A stretch of 64,000 nt of DNA, from assembly GCA_011364925.1 (NCBI GenBank), contig RDOA01000005.1, positions 1 to 64,000 of the forward strand, written 5' to 3'. The DNA is from Promethearchaeota archaeon (GTDB taxonomy: Archaea; Asgardarchaeota; Lokiarchaeia; Sigyniarchaeales; SOKP01). The translations under genes were made by a program, and so were the position numbers. Of the stretch, positions 37,052 through 45,998 are shown piece after piece. The notes under the pieces were generated by a model. That model did not search any database. It was not told the DNA's origin and saw only the letters and a program-made list of their open reading frames with translations. How positions within the stretch are numbered: the stretch's first letter is position 1; the number at the start of each line of letters is the position of its first letter.

Positions 37052-38383
37052 TTGACAGTAGAAGAGAAAGATAACTTGGAAAGAAGGACCCGCGAATTAG
37101 AAGATGAATTAAGAAAAAAGGAGAATCAACTTAATACTTACCTTGATAAGATTGAAGGCCTTGAAGTAGAAATTATGAAATACGAGGAAATGTTTGATGA
37201 GAAGGCTCCAAAATCAAAGATGAAGAAAGCAAAAGAAGAAAAATTAAATCTGGAATTGGAAGCAAAAGATCGAGAAATCCGGGAATTAAAAGATCGAATG
37301 GGCTTTTTAAGGAAGGAAAAAATAGAATTACAAAAAAAATTGGATCAAGAAAACAAAAAAACTAGCACCTCTTCTGTGATTAGCGTCGAAGAGTTAAGAG
37401 AAAAGGAGAAAGCACCGTTGAATCTCCTACTTCATGAATTGCAAGATAAAATCAATAAGCAAGATTCGATAATTAGAAGATTAAAGAGTAAAGATATTGG
37501 TAATGATGAGTTTAAAGAAAAATTGACAGAAAAAGACAAGCAAATTGAAATACTCAATAATCAACTTTCCGATTTAAAAGAAAGCTTAGAAAAGAAGCCT
37601 TCTCAAACGGAAGAAAAACCAAAACAGAACAAGGAAGCAATTTCGAAAGGGCTTCTTGAAGAGTTACAGAATTCGCTTAACAAAGTTAAAAGGCAGAACG
37701 AAGAATTAAAGAATAAATTAAGTAAATACGAGAAAAAGGATAAAAAGAAAAAAGATTCAAAGGAAGATAAAGCTACTCAAGAATTAAAAGAAAAAATATC
37801 TCAATTGACTGGAGAATTGGAATATAAAAATAAAGAAATTGAAAGACTGAACACTACTGCGATACATTTGGAAAGCTTATCCGGACCAGATTCGTTAAAA
37901 CAAGTCGTCGAAGAACTAACAAACAAGTTAAATAAATCCAAAACGCAAGTTAACACCCTTAAACAACAATTAAAAGCAGTAGAAAACATTCCTACCGATA
38001 CTCTACCTCAAGGAGATGTCGATAGCAAATTAAAGTATCAACGAGAAATGGCAAGCTTCTTACAACAACAGCTAGATGAAGCAAAACACGCCCTTAAAAC
38101 TAAAGAAGAAGAAATTGCTACTATTAAAAGTGAAGCGATAAGAATAAAAAGAAAGTATGAGGAATTAGATAACCAACTTAAAATGAAAGAAAAAAGAACT
38201 AATGAATTAAAAGCTGACTTGGATTCACTCAAGATGCAAACTCAAAATCAAACTCAAGAAGGAAGGGCAATCAGTCCTGAGTTTAATTTAAGACTAAAAG
38301 AACTTGAAAGTTTGGTTGATGATTTGAGTAAACAAAATATTCAACAGAGGTTAGAAATTTCTCAATTAAGAAAAGGAAAATAA
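37052..38383 (+). CDS. Long coiled-coil protein
   Basis: K/E/Q/L-rich heptads throughout, no catalytic motif. Confidence 0.75.
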   Translation: MTVEEKDNLERRTRELEDELRKKENQLNTYLDKIEGLEVEIMKYEEMFDEKAPKSKMKKAKEEKLNLELEAKDREIRELKDRMGFLRKEKIELQKKLDQENKKTSTSSVISVEELREKEKAPLNLLLHELQDKINKQDSIIRRLKSKDIGNDEFKEKLTEKDKQIEILNNQLSDLKESLEKKPSQTEEKPKQNKEAISKGLLEELQNSLNKVKRQNEELKNKLSKYEKKDKKKKDSKEDKATQELKEKISQLTGELEYKNKEIERLNTTAIHLESLSGPDSLKQVVEELTNKLNKSKTQVNTLKQQLKAVENIPTDTLPQGDVDSKLKYQREMASFLQQQLDEAKHALKTKEEEIATIKSEAIRIKRKYEELDNQLKMKEKRTNELKADLDSLKMQTQNQTQEGRAISPEFNLRLKELESLVDDLSKQNIQQRLEISQLRKGK

Positions 38384-38403
38384 TAGAATCCAAATGAAAC
38401 TTT

Positions 38404-39384
38404 ATGGAATTAATCATTTTAGGTTCTTCGGCAGCTATTCCTGTTCGCGAGCGAAACCTACCGTCAACCGCACTTAAATATAAGAATGAACTCATCTTGT
38501 TCGACTGCGGCGAGGATCTGCAAAGAAAATTTGTTGAAGCCGGACTAAAATTCAATAAACCTTTAAAAATATTAATTTCACATTTCCATGGAGACCATAT
38601 AATAGGGCTTCCTGGTCTATTATTTAGGTTTGGCTTAAACCATAGAACTGCCCCTATAACGATTTTTGGACCGAGAAACCTTTACTTATATTTGTATTTA
38701 CATAGAAAAATACTAGGTCTTAAAACGGATTACCCATTAGAGATTATAGAGATAGATAATGAAAGGAATAAATTACTTTTTTACGAAAATATCGACTCTG
38801 AATTCCCAAACAAAGAATTTGACTTAAGCGGGAACGTTATCTATGAAAATAATAAATATACTCTTAATTATGCTAAGGTTCATCATTCTGTTTTGACATT
38901 TGCTTATTCCTTCGTCGAGAAACCACGTCATGGCAAATTTAACCCTGAAAGAGCAACTGAACTTGGAATTCCTCAAAGTAATTTATGGAAGAAATTACAA
39001 GAAGGAGAAACTATTGAATTTGGAGGAAAATTAATCGATCCCTTCAAAGAAGGAATTGTAGGTCCAAAAAGGCCCGGGAGAAAAATAACCTACTCTGGAG
39101 ATACAATCCCTTGCGATAGTCTAATAGAATTGGGAAAAAATTCTGATATTTTAATACATGAAGCAACTTTCTCAAAAGAACTTGCTGATGTCGCTGAAGA
39201 AAAAATGCATTCCACTTCTGTAGATGCTGCAAATGATGCGATAAAAATGGGAGCAAAGCAATTAATTTTAACTCATATATCATCAAGATACCAAGAGGAT
39301 GCCGTAAAATTGTTAGAAGATGCAAAAGAAATATTTTCTAACACATTATTAGCTATAGACTTGATGAGAATATCGTTGGATTAA
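38404..39384 (+). CDS. rnz: Ribonuclease Z
   Basis: FDCGE, SHFHGDH, exosite GIP...GPKRPG, YSGDT, HEAT, HST, THISSRY. Confidence 0.95.
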   Translation: MELIILGSSAAIPVRERNLPSTALKYKNELILFDCGEDLQRKFVEAGLKFNKPLKILISHFHGDHIIGLPGLLFRFGLNHRTAPITIFGPRNLYLYLYLHRKILGLKTDYPLEIIEIDNERNKLLFYENIDSEFPNKEFDLSGNVIYENNKYTLNYAKVHHSVLTFAYSFVEKPRHGKFNPERATELGIPQSNLWKKLQEGETIEFGGKLIDPFKEGIVGPKRPGRKITYSGDTIPCDSLIELGKNSDILIHEATFSKELADVAEEKMHSTSVDAANDAIKMGAKQLILTHISSRYQEDAVKLLEDAKEIFSNTLLAIDLMRISLD

Positions 39385-39412
39385 AAAGCTTTAGAAAAAT
39401 AAGAAGAAATAG

Positions 39413-39622
39413 TTATATACCCCCAGCAATGTGCGGAAGTATCGTAATGTCGTCTTCAGGAGAAATCTCGGTGTCCTCATTAGCTTTCTTCCCATTTATA
39501 AGAATTCCAAAATATTTCCCTTCTAGATTTAACTCTCGGAGTAAATCTCTAACTAGCATCTTTCTCTCGGGAATAATTGTTTCGATAATACCTGTTTCTA
39601 AAATATCTGCTGTTTGCTTCAA
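39413..39622 (-). CDS. MoaD/ThiS/SAMP ubiquitin-like protein ending in GG-I
   Basis: LINGK...DDITILPHIAGGI*; GAGGT upstream of TTG. Confidence 0.85.
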   Translation of the reverse strand: MKQTADILETGIIETIIPERKMLVRDLLRELNLEGKYFGILINGKKANEDTEISPEDDITILPHIAGGI

Positions 39623-39697
39623 TTTGTTTTACCTCATTTAGTAAATTTTACTATTATAAATAAACCCTTTTTAGTATTTAAAATTAATTTAAGAAAT

Positions 39698-39775
39698 CTA
39701 TAAATGTTGATTATTAATACTAAAGATTTTTATCCAGCTCATTTTAGCTCGTTTTTGTAATTCTGGTGAAATCAT
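39698..39775 (-). CDS. Candidate 25-aa micro-protein
   Basis: MISPELQKRAKMSWIKIFSINNQHL* with GAGTGA about 9 nt upstream. Confidence 0.3.
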   Translation of the reverse strand: MISPELQKRAKMSWIKIFSINNQHL

Positions 39776-39958
39776 AGATTTTTATCACTCTATTATTGAA
39801 AATATATGCTTATTTTTTCTTAAATCCAACATTTTTTTATGTGTTTTTTAATTTTAATGCATAAATTTAAGCAAATTTAATTGGGTTGATCTTAGATTCT
39901 TCATGAGGATTCGTTCAGTGATAATATTGATGACCTCGAGGTTATAAGAGAGGCATTA

Positions 39959-41542
39959 ATGCAAATTGAAACAATCAAAAATGAGAAGGAAAAGAACAAT
40001 CTTATTCAAATAACAATTAACGATTCTATCTCGACAGCTTTTGAAATTGCTGATTCTGGAGAATTTTATGAAGCTGGTGAATTTCTATTTTCAATAACGG
40101 AATTGTTAGAAGAGCTCGTCTCTGTTCAATCTAATAAGTTATATAAATTAATAGTAAAGTATTGGAGCAATGCAATTACTGATCTTAAGATTCAAGGAAA
40201 ATTGCACGAGGTTGCAGAAATTTTCTTAAGAATTGCGGATCTTTATGAGAAAATAAACGACGCTAAGTCGTATAGAAAGAATATTATAGGAAGCATCGAA
40301 TACTTAAAGCAAGAAAGCAAAATTTTAAAAGACTTTAATGAAACGAGAAAATTAGCGCAAAATTACGAGAACATAGCTGGGTTATATCTAAAAATCGATA
40401 ATCTAAAAAACGCAATTAAATATTATTTAAGTGTTGTCAATATTGCTAAAGAGCATGAATATTTTGATTTACTATCTTATTCATATAAACAAATCTCGTC
40501 ATGTTATCAAGATTTAGACGAGATTGAAAAATCTAATGGCATTATTTACGACGGGATAGAGTTTTTCTCGATACTTTTACAAACATTTGAAGAGAAAAAT
40601 GATAATCTCGCGATTTCTCAAATTGCACAAGTTTTAAAGTCTCTTTATCAGATCATCGATGACGAAGAGCAATTTGTTAATTACTCTAAAAAAGAAGCTG
40701 GAGCATATATCAATTTAGCGGAAAGATTAGAGAAAAGCAAAGAAAATTACTATAAAATAGCGAGATATTATCGAGGGGCAGCATTATGTTACCAAGAAAT
40801 AAACAATAATTTAATCGAATCAGCTTCTTGTTTTGTATTAGCTGGAAATTACTCTGAAGGAATTGAGGATTTTAACGAAGCAGCAAACAACTTCTTTAAT
40901 GCCGCAGGGACTTTTAAAGAATTAACCAATTTAGAGATGGCATATAAGCATTATGTGAAAGCAGGAGACAATTATTGGAAAGTTGAGAATGTGAACGATT
41001 CCACAGAATGCTATCTGAACGCTTACGACATTGCAGTAGAAGGAAACTTAGAATACAATCGATTTGGTATTTTCAACCAAATAATAAGAGGGTTGAACAT
41101 TATCGCAAAAGAAGGATTAAAGAATAAAGAATTCTATACCGCAGCAACGCTCATAATGGAAAGCATTAAATTTTATCAACAGCTCGATACTGCAAAAGAC
41201 TTTCTAGTTAACGAAATGCTTAAGAATGTGTATCGGTATTACTACCGGGCGGCGAACTTAAAGAAGATTGGCTATTCCCACATCGTTCAATCATATGTAA
41301 TGGCAGCTATCTCTTCTATTCTTAATGGCAAAACTAAAAAAGCACTCGAAATTCTCTCTGAGATAGAATTAGAAGGAAATACAGTAAATAAATATAAAGA
41401 ATTAGTTAAATTAATTATTAAGTGGGTCTCTGAGGGAAAAACAGTAGACTTTGAAAATTTTCCTTACGAACTACAACGAATAATTCAACACTCAGAGGAA
41501 ATAACATATCTTTTAAAATTCTTTAAGGGATACAAACCCTAA
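39959..41542 (+). CDS. Alpha-SNAP/TPR-like helical repeat protein (possible ATT start at 39896)
   Basis: Repeats such as ESASCFVLAGNY, EAANNFFNAAGTF, MAYKHYVKAGDNY, DSTECYLNAYD. Confidence 0.72.
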   Translation: MQIETIKNEKEKNNLIQITINDSISTAFEIADSGEFYEAGEFLFSITELLEELVSVQSNKLYKLIVKYWSNAITDLKIQGKLHEVAEIFLRIADLYEKINDAKSYRKNIIGSIEYLKQESKILKDFNETRKLAQNYENIAGLYLKIDNLKNAIKYYLSVVNIAKEHEYFDLLSYSYKQISSCYQDLDEIEKSNGIIYDGIEFFSILLQTFEEKNDNLAISQIAQVLKSLYQIIDDEEQFVNYSKKEAGAYINLAERLEKSKENYYKIARYYRGAALCYQEINNNLIESASCFVLAGNYSEGIEDFNEAANNFFNAAGTFKELTNLEMAYKHYVKAGDNYWKVENVNDSTECYLNAYDIAVEGNLEYNRFGIFNQIIRGLNIIAKEGLKNKEFYTAATLIMESIKFYQQLDTAKDFLVNEMLKNVYRYYYRAANLKKIGYSHIVQSYVMAAISSILNGKTKKALEILSEIELEGNTVNKYKELVKLIIKWVSEGKTVDFENFPYELQRIIQHSEEITYLLKFFKGYKP

Positions 41543-41685
41543 AACTTCGAGCTTTTATTCACTATACTTCTGGAAACCATATAAATAAATAGGTCATACT
41601 TTATCATATTTGTATCAAATCGATAATTTATTTATAAGAATTTCATCTTTAAAATTAAATTATCTCTGAATTAAGGGTTTTAAAT

Positions 41686-42819
41686 ATGAGAAAACAAATC
41701 AAAGCTATATTAATTATTATCCCGATATTAATTGCTATTGGTGTTACGCTAACTTTTGTCTTACCATTGTTTAAACAACCTCCTACTGGTAGTAAGGGCG
41801 TTGTACGTGTATATGTAAATTCTACGATTGCACAAAGTATTTCAACTGAAATCGATCAGTATGAGCAAGATATCATGAATCAAGGTTATACCGTTCAGGT
41901 TATTAATTGGTCTAATAGTGACGTAAATGTTCTTAGAAGCGATCTAATTAATGCAAGTATTAGGCCTGAAGGATTAGAAGGTGCAGTAATAGTTGGTGAT
42001 CTTCCTGCTGCATATTTACAATATTGGGACAATCCTTGGAGCAAATGGAGGAAATATCCTTGTGATTTGTTCTTAACTGACTTAGATGGTCAATGGGTTG
42101 ATAACGATCCTACAGATGAATTATTTGATGCACATAACAATGGAACAGGTGATATCTATCCAGAAATTTGGTTAGGTCGGATATGTCCTGAATCATTGAA
42201 CAATTTGAATCATCTTACAGCCTATAGAAACTATTTCACACGAAACCACGCTTATAGAACGGGACAGCTAACAAGACCTCATTCTCAGTTAGTATATATC
42301 GACGACGACTGGTCAGCGTGGACAAGTGAATGGCTTGGTGATATGACAGCTTACACAAACATAACCTGTATTAGCACTAATGCTGTCACTACGGCTACCG
42401 ACTATAAATCACGTTTAACACACACATACGAATTTGTGCATGTTTTTGTACATTCTTGGCCATATGAGCATATGTTTGGTCCTGGAGGATATGGAACAGA
42501 AGGGAAGGTAAACTGTTCGGATATTTTGTCAATTAACACTAAATCGTTGTTTTACAATTTATATGCTTGTTCAGCTGCAAATTTTAGTAATACAAACAAT
42601 ATGGGAAACCAATATCTTTTTTCAAATAACACTCTTGCTGTTGTCGGTTCAACAAAGGAAGGCGGTATGACTATGAACAGTTATTTCTATACACCTCTCA
42701 GTCAAGGTAAAATATTCGGAGAAGCATTGAAATTATGGTGGTGGAATCCACTTCACGGTCCTAGCGATCCAATTTCAGTAGGGATGGTTCTTCTCGGAGA
42801 TCCCCTCTTAACAATTTAG
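41686..42819 (+). CDS. Membrane-anchored C25 (gingipain-like) cysteine peptidase
   Basis: N-terminal anchor, AVIVGDLP, PEIWLGRI, HS and YACS dyad region, terminal LLGDP. Confidence 0.72.
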   Translation: MRKQIKAILIIIPILIAIGVTLTFVLPLFKQPPTGSKGVVRVYVNSTIAQSISTEIDQYEQDIMNQGYTVQVINWSNSDVNVLRSDLINASIRPEGLEGAVIVGDLPAAYLQYWDNPWSKWRKYPCDLFLTDLDGQWVDNDPTDELFDAHNNGTGDIYPEIWLGRICPESLNNLNHLTAYRNYFTRNHAYRTGQLTRPHSQLVYIDDDWSAWTSEWLGDMTAYTNITCISTNAVTTATDYKSRLTHTYEFVHVFVHSWPYEHMFGPGGYGTEGKVNCSDILSINTKSLFYNLYACSAANFSNTNNMGNQYLFSNNTLAVVGSTKEGGMTMNSYFYTPLSQGKIFGEALKLWWWNPLHGPSDPISVGMVLLGDPLLTI

Positions 42820-42901
42820 AAATAATAATCTTTATTTTTTTTAGAATTTCTATTTTTATATTACTCATGATACTCGAACAATTCCAGAAAGTTTGTAAAA
42901 A

Positions 42902-43558
42902 ATGAACCATACTCAGAAGATCCTTTTAAGTTTTGATTTAGACAACACTTTAATTAACAATCGAGAAGGAATCGTTAATTCATTTAATTACGCTCTTAAT
43001 AAATATAATCTCCAAACTCTTGATAGAGACGAAATCGAAGCCATGATTGGAATTCCTCTTGCTGAAATGTTTGAGCGAGTAACAATTGAAAATTCTGATA
43101 AACTCATAACAGCATTTCGAGAGTATTACAGCAAAACTGGGATTTATCAAGCTAGTTTATTACCCGGTGTTAAAGAAAAACTTACTGAGCTTATTCAAAA
43201 TTCATTTACTTTAGGAGTGATTACTTCTAAGAAGCAAGAATTGGCCATTAAAATAACAAAAATTTTGGGGATCTTTGAACAATTCATCTATATATTAGGC
43301 GAAAGTGATAGCATCAAAAGTAAATTAGATCCAAGGTTGAAAACACACTTGCTACAAAAATACCACGAATATAGCATTGTAATAATTGGAGATCATCCAA
43401 AAGATAAAGCTCTCGCTGAAAATATTAACGCGCCTTTCGTAGGAGTTTTAACAGGTAATCATTCAGCTAAAGTACTAATTAGTGGAATTAAAATAAAAAC
43501 TTTAGTTATAGAAAGTGTCAAAGATCTTGAGCCAGAAATGATTTATAATCTAATGTAA
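42902..43558 (+). CDS. HAD-family phosphatase (phosphoglycolate-phosphatase-like)
   Basis: FDLDNTL, ITSK, IGDHPKD. Confidence 0.88.
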   Translation: MNHTQKILLSFDLDNTLINNREGIVNSFNYALNKYNLQTLDRDEIEAMIGIPLAEMFERVTIENSDKLITAFREYYSKTGIYQASLLPGVKEKLTELIQNSFTLGVITSKKQELAIKITKILGIFEQFIYILGESDSIKSKLDPRLKTHLLQKYHEYSIVIIGDHPKDKALAENINAPFVGVLTGNHSAKVLISGIKIKTLVIESVKDLEPEMIYNLM

Positions 43559-43603
43559 GGGAGATCGAGTAAATTATATAAAAAAAGTAAATATTGAAAT
43601 AAG

Positions 43604-45058
43604 CTATTCCTTCATTTCTTTGTAGATTTTCATAAATTCCTCAGGTTTCCATTGTTCTTTCATGTACTTTCCAATTCCAGAACTATCCCGAGGTCCTACT
43701 ACAACGTAGGCATCAGCTTCGTCTTCTAAAGCCCCACTCAACCGTGCGGCCATTCCAGGAATTATAAGAATGCGATGTTTCACCTTATCAAATACTCCGA
43801 ACTCTTTAACTGCTTCTGCGATGGCACCCGCACTAAACTGGCCACCAGCTACCGCTGATTCAATTCCAATACCTTCTGAATCCACAACAAGAAGATATGC
43901 GTTAACATTCGCGCCTTTAATATCTATTTCTACGGGAATTTTGGTTAAACGGTAATTTGATGTCACAAAAATCGGAGACATATCGTTTGGCTCTCCAATT
44001 TCGTATATGCCAGCATCAACCGATGGATAAATACGTGGATCGCTAAATATGCTCTGTCTTAGCGTCATAATAGCTAATAAAGCCCAGATTTCTTCTTTTG
44101 TCTTTCCGCTGTGAAGAACAAGAAGACTCGTATCAATTGATTCCATAATCGCTGCCATTATGATTTCTTGATATTGATGTTCCCAGAGTTCTTTACCATC
44201 GTTTGTATCCACTTGGCTCCAATAAGCTGCTGGAACTCCCATGACGGGAAAACCTGCATTTGTGTCTTCTTTATCAATCGCAGCAACTCTCAACTGCATT
44301 ATGTTATCGTAAGTCAAGGCTAAATTTCCTGGACCAAAAACAGTCATAGCATCCAATACGATATCCTTTACTCCAAGTTTCTGTAGGGAAGCACTTAAAG
44401 ACATCAACTCATCTAGATTGTTCGAAACTGCTACCAATGGTAAATTGTTCTGAATCGCAAATTTGCCAACTTGTTCCCAAGAGGCCTTTGTAGCTGCGTA
44501 AAGTAAAGGTCTCAGCTGCTTAATCCCTTCAGCACCAGCGAGTAAAATTTCTGGATTCATACACGCAAGCATTATTGGTAGAGGTGATACTTCACTAAGC
44601 CTTTTTGCAGCAAGTTTAAATTGTTCAGCGTCTCCTGAAACGCATCTTAACGCAATTCCGTTTACTCTTAAAACATCCCCCATTCTCTCTACAACTAAAT
44701 CCGACAAGTATTTAGCTGTTGTTTCTAGATCTGGATCATCGTCGGCAATTTCTATGAATATCGCAGTTTCATTATAATACGTAAGTTGGTGACGATTAAG
44801 AACTTCCTCACCACCAACTATACATTTTCGATCACCGACTCCAACTATTATCGCCTTTTGTGGAGGAGCAACAAGAGCGATTAGTTTATCGCGTTTAGTT
44901 GCTTGTTTAGGATCTTGCATCAGGTGAGTACAATCTTGAACTGTGACTTTCCGTTCAAGTAAATCTGTAGAAAATGCCATGCACGTGTCTCGCCCACAGT
45001 CTTGGCAATTACTTTTGTCTAAAAGAGCATAAATTTCTAATGGACTAGGTCTACCCAT
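43604..45058 (-). CDS. cdhE: Corrinoid Fe-S protein large subunit (ACDS gamma)
   Basis: NCQDCGRDTCMAF...C, GGEEVL, SPIFVTSNY, IIPGMAARLSG, VGPRDS. Confidence 0.92.
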   Translation of the reverse strand: MGRPSPLEIYALLDKSNCQDCGRDTCMAFSTDLLERKVTVQDCTHLMQDPKQATKRDKLIALVAPPQKAIIVGVGDRKCIVGGEEVLNRHQLTYYNETAIFIEIADDDPDLETTAKYLSDLVVERMGDVLRVNGIALRCVSGDAEQFKLAAKRLSEVSPLPIMLACMNPEILLAGAEGIKQLRPLLYAATKASWEQVGKFAIQNNLPLVAVSNNLDELMSLSASLQKLGVKDIVLDAMTVFGPGNLALTYDNIMQLRVAAIDKEDTNAGFPVMGVPAAYWSQVDTNDGKELWEHQYQEIIMAAIMESIDTSLLVLHSGKTKEEIWALLAIMTLRQSIFSDPRIYPSVDAGIYEIGEPNDMSPIFVTSNYRLTKIPVEIDIKGANVNAYLLVVDSEGIGIESAVAGGQFSAGAIAEAVKEFGVFDKVKHRILIIPGMAARLSGALEDEADAYVVVGPRDSSGIGKYMKEQWKPEEFMKIYKEMKE

Positions 45059-45240
45059 TTTGATTTCTCCAAACTTCTAGTTTATCTCTTTTTAAAACAT
45101 TATTTTTTATTTTTTATAATAGTTAGAGTAGTCTGGATTAACATTAAAAAGTTTTTAAAAATAAGTTAAGAGTTGGAAAGGTATTTTTAGATTTTATGAA
45201 TAAATGAGAGAACTTATGAGAAGTTTGATTTTATAGAAAG

Positions 45241-45327
45241 AAAAAAAAAATTTGCGAAACAATACAATGTTGAGCTCAAATCTTCTCTAAGTCCTCTCTC
45301 TCAAGATAAGGGGAGATTGATGAGACA
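45241..45327. ncRNA. Candidate structured RNA (hairpin) between the NYN gene and cdhE
   Basis: CTCA-AATCTTCTCT (45275-45288) pairs with AGGGGAGATT-GA-TGAG (45309-45324); minus-strand CGAAG-TTTAAATA at 45360-45348 and a T10 tract at 45250-45241. Confidence 0.35.
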
Positions 45328-45366
45328 ATAGTTACTTATTAAAAATGTATTTAAACTTCGAAGTTT

Positions 45367-45867
45367 TTAATATTTAATATCCTCCAATATGCCATCAATA
45401 AAGTGAACATTCCTTCTACCTGCTTCTTTTATTAATCTATGGGAGATCGAATTATAAAACCCCCAAATTTCGACTTCTTTTTCCATAGCTTTTAATTTTA
45501 TTATGGCATCTATAAAATCAGAATCCCCGCTGACTAAAATTGCTTTATCGAATGAATCTTCGCATGCAAGCTCAACAATATCTCGATATATAAATATGTC
45601 AATTCCCTTTTGAGATTTCTTACCATTAGGCGACTCTTTTATGTTTTTTGCTTGAATTACAAATCCTTGCGTTTCTAGATATTTAATAAATGCGTACTTT
45701 TTAGGTAATAGCTGCTCAGGAATACCCATATACACAAATGTGCCTAATAAGTAATTATCATTACGTAAAACTTCCCTGAATGCTACATAGTTAATTCTTA
45801 TTTTTAACCGGACTAAATTGTGAAATAGATTAGCGTGATCTATGAATATAATCGATCTTTTTAACAT
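45367..45867 (-). CDS. NYN (LabA/DUF88) PIN-like domain protein
   Basis: IFIDHANL, QKGID, LVSGDSDF. Confidence 0.9.
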   Translation of the reverse strand: MLKRSIIFIDHANLFHNLVRLKIRINYVAFREVLRNDNYLLGTFVYMGIPEQLLPKKYAFIKYLETQGFVIQAKNIKESPNGKKSQKGIDIFIYRDIVELACEDSFDKAILVSGDSDFIDAIIKLKAMEKEVEIWGFYNSISHRLIKEAGRRNVHFIDGILEDIKY

Positions 45868-45998
45868 AATATTAAGTGAGATTATCTTATTATATCGAAT
45901 TGCATTATTGATAAGATATACTGTTATACCTTAAAACTCAGTAAAGAATAAGAGTTCTTATATAAAAACTCCAAACTTTTTAACTCCATTTAAAATAG

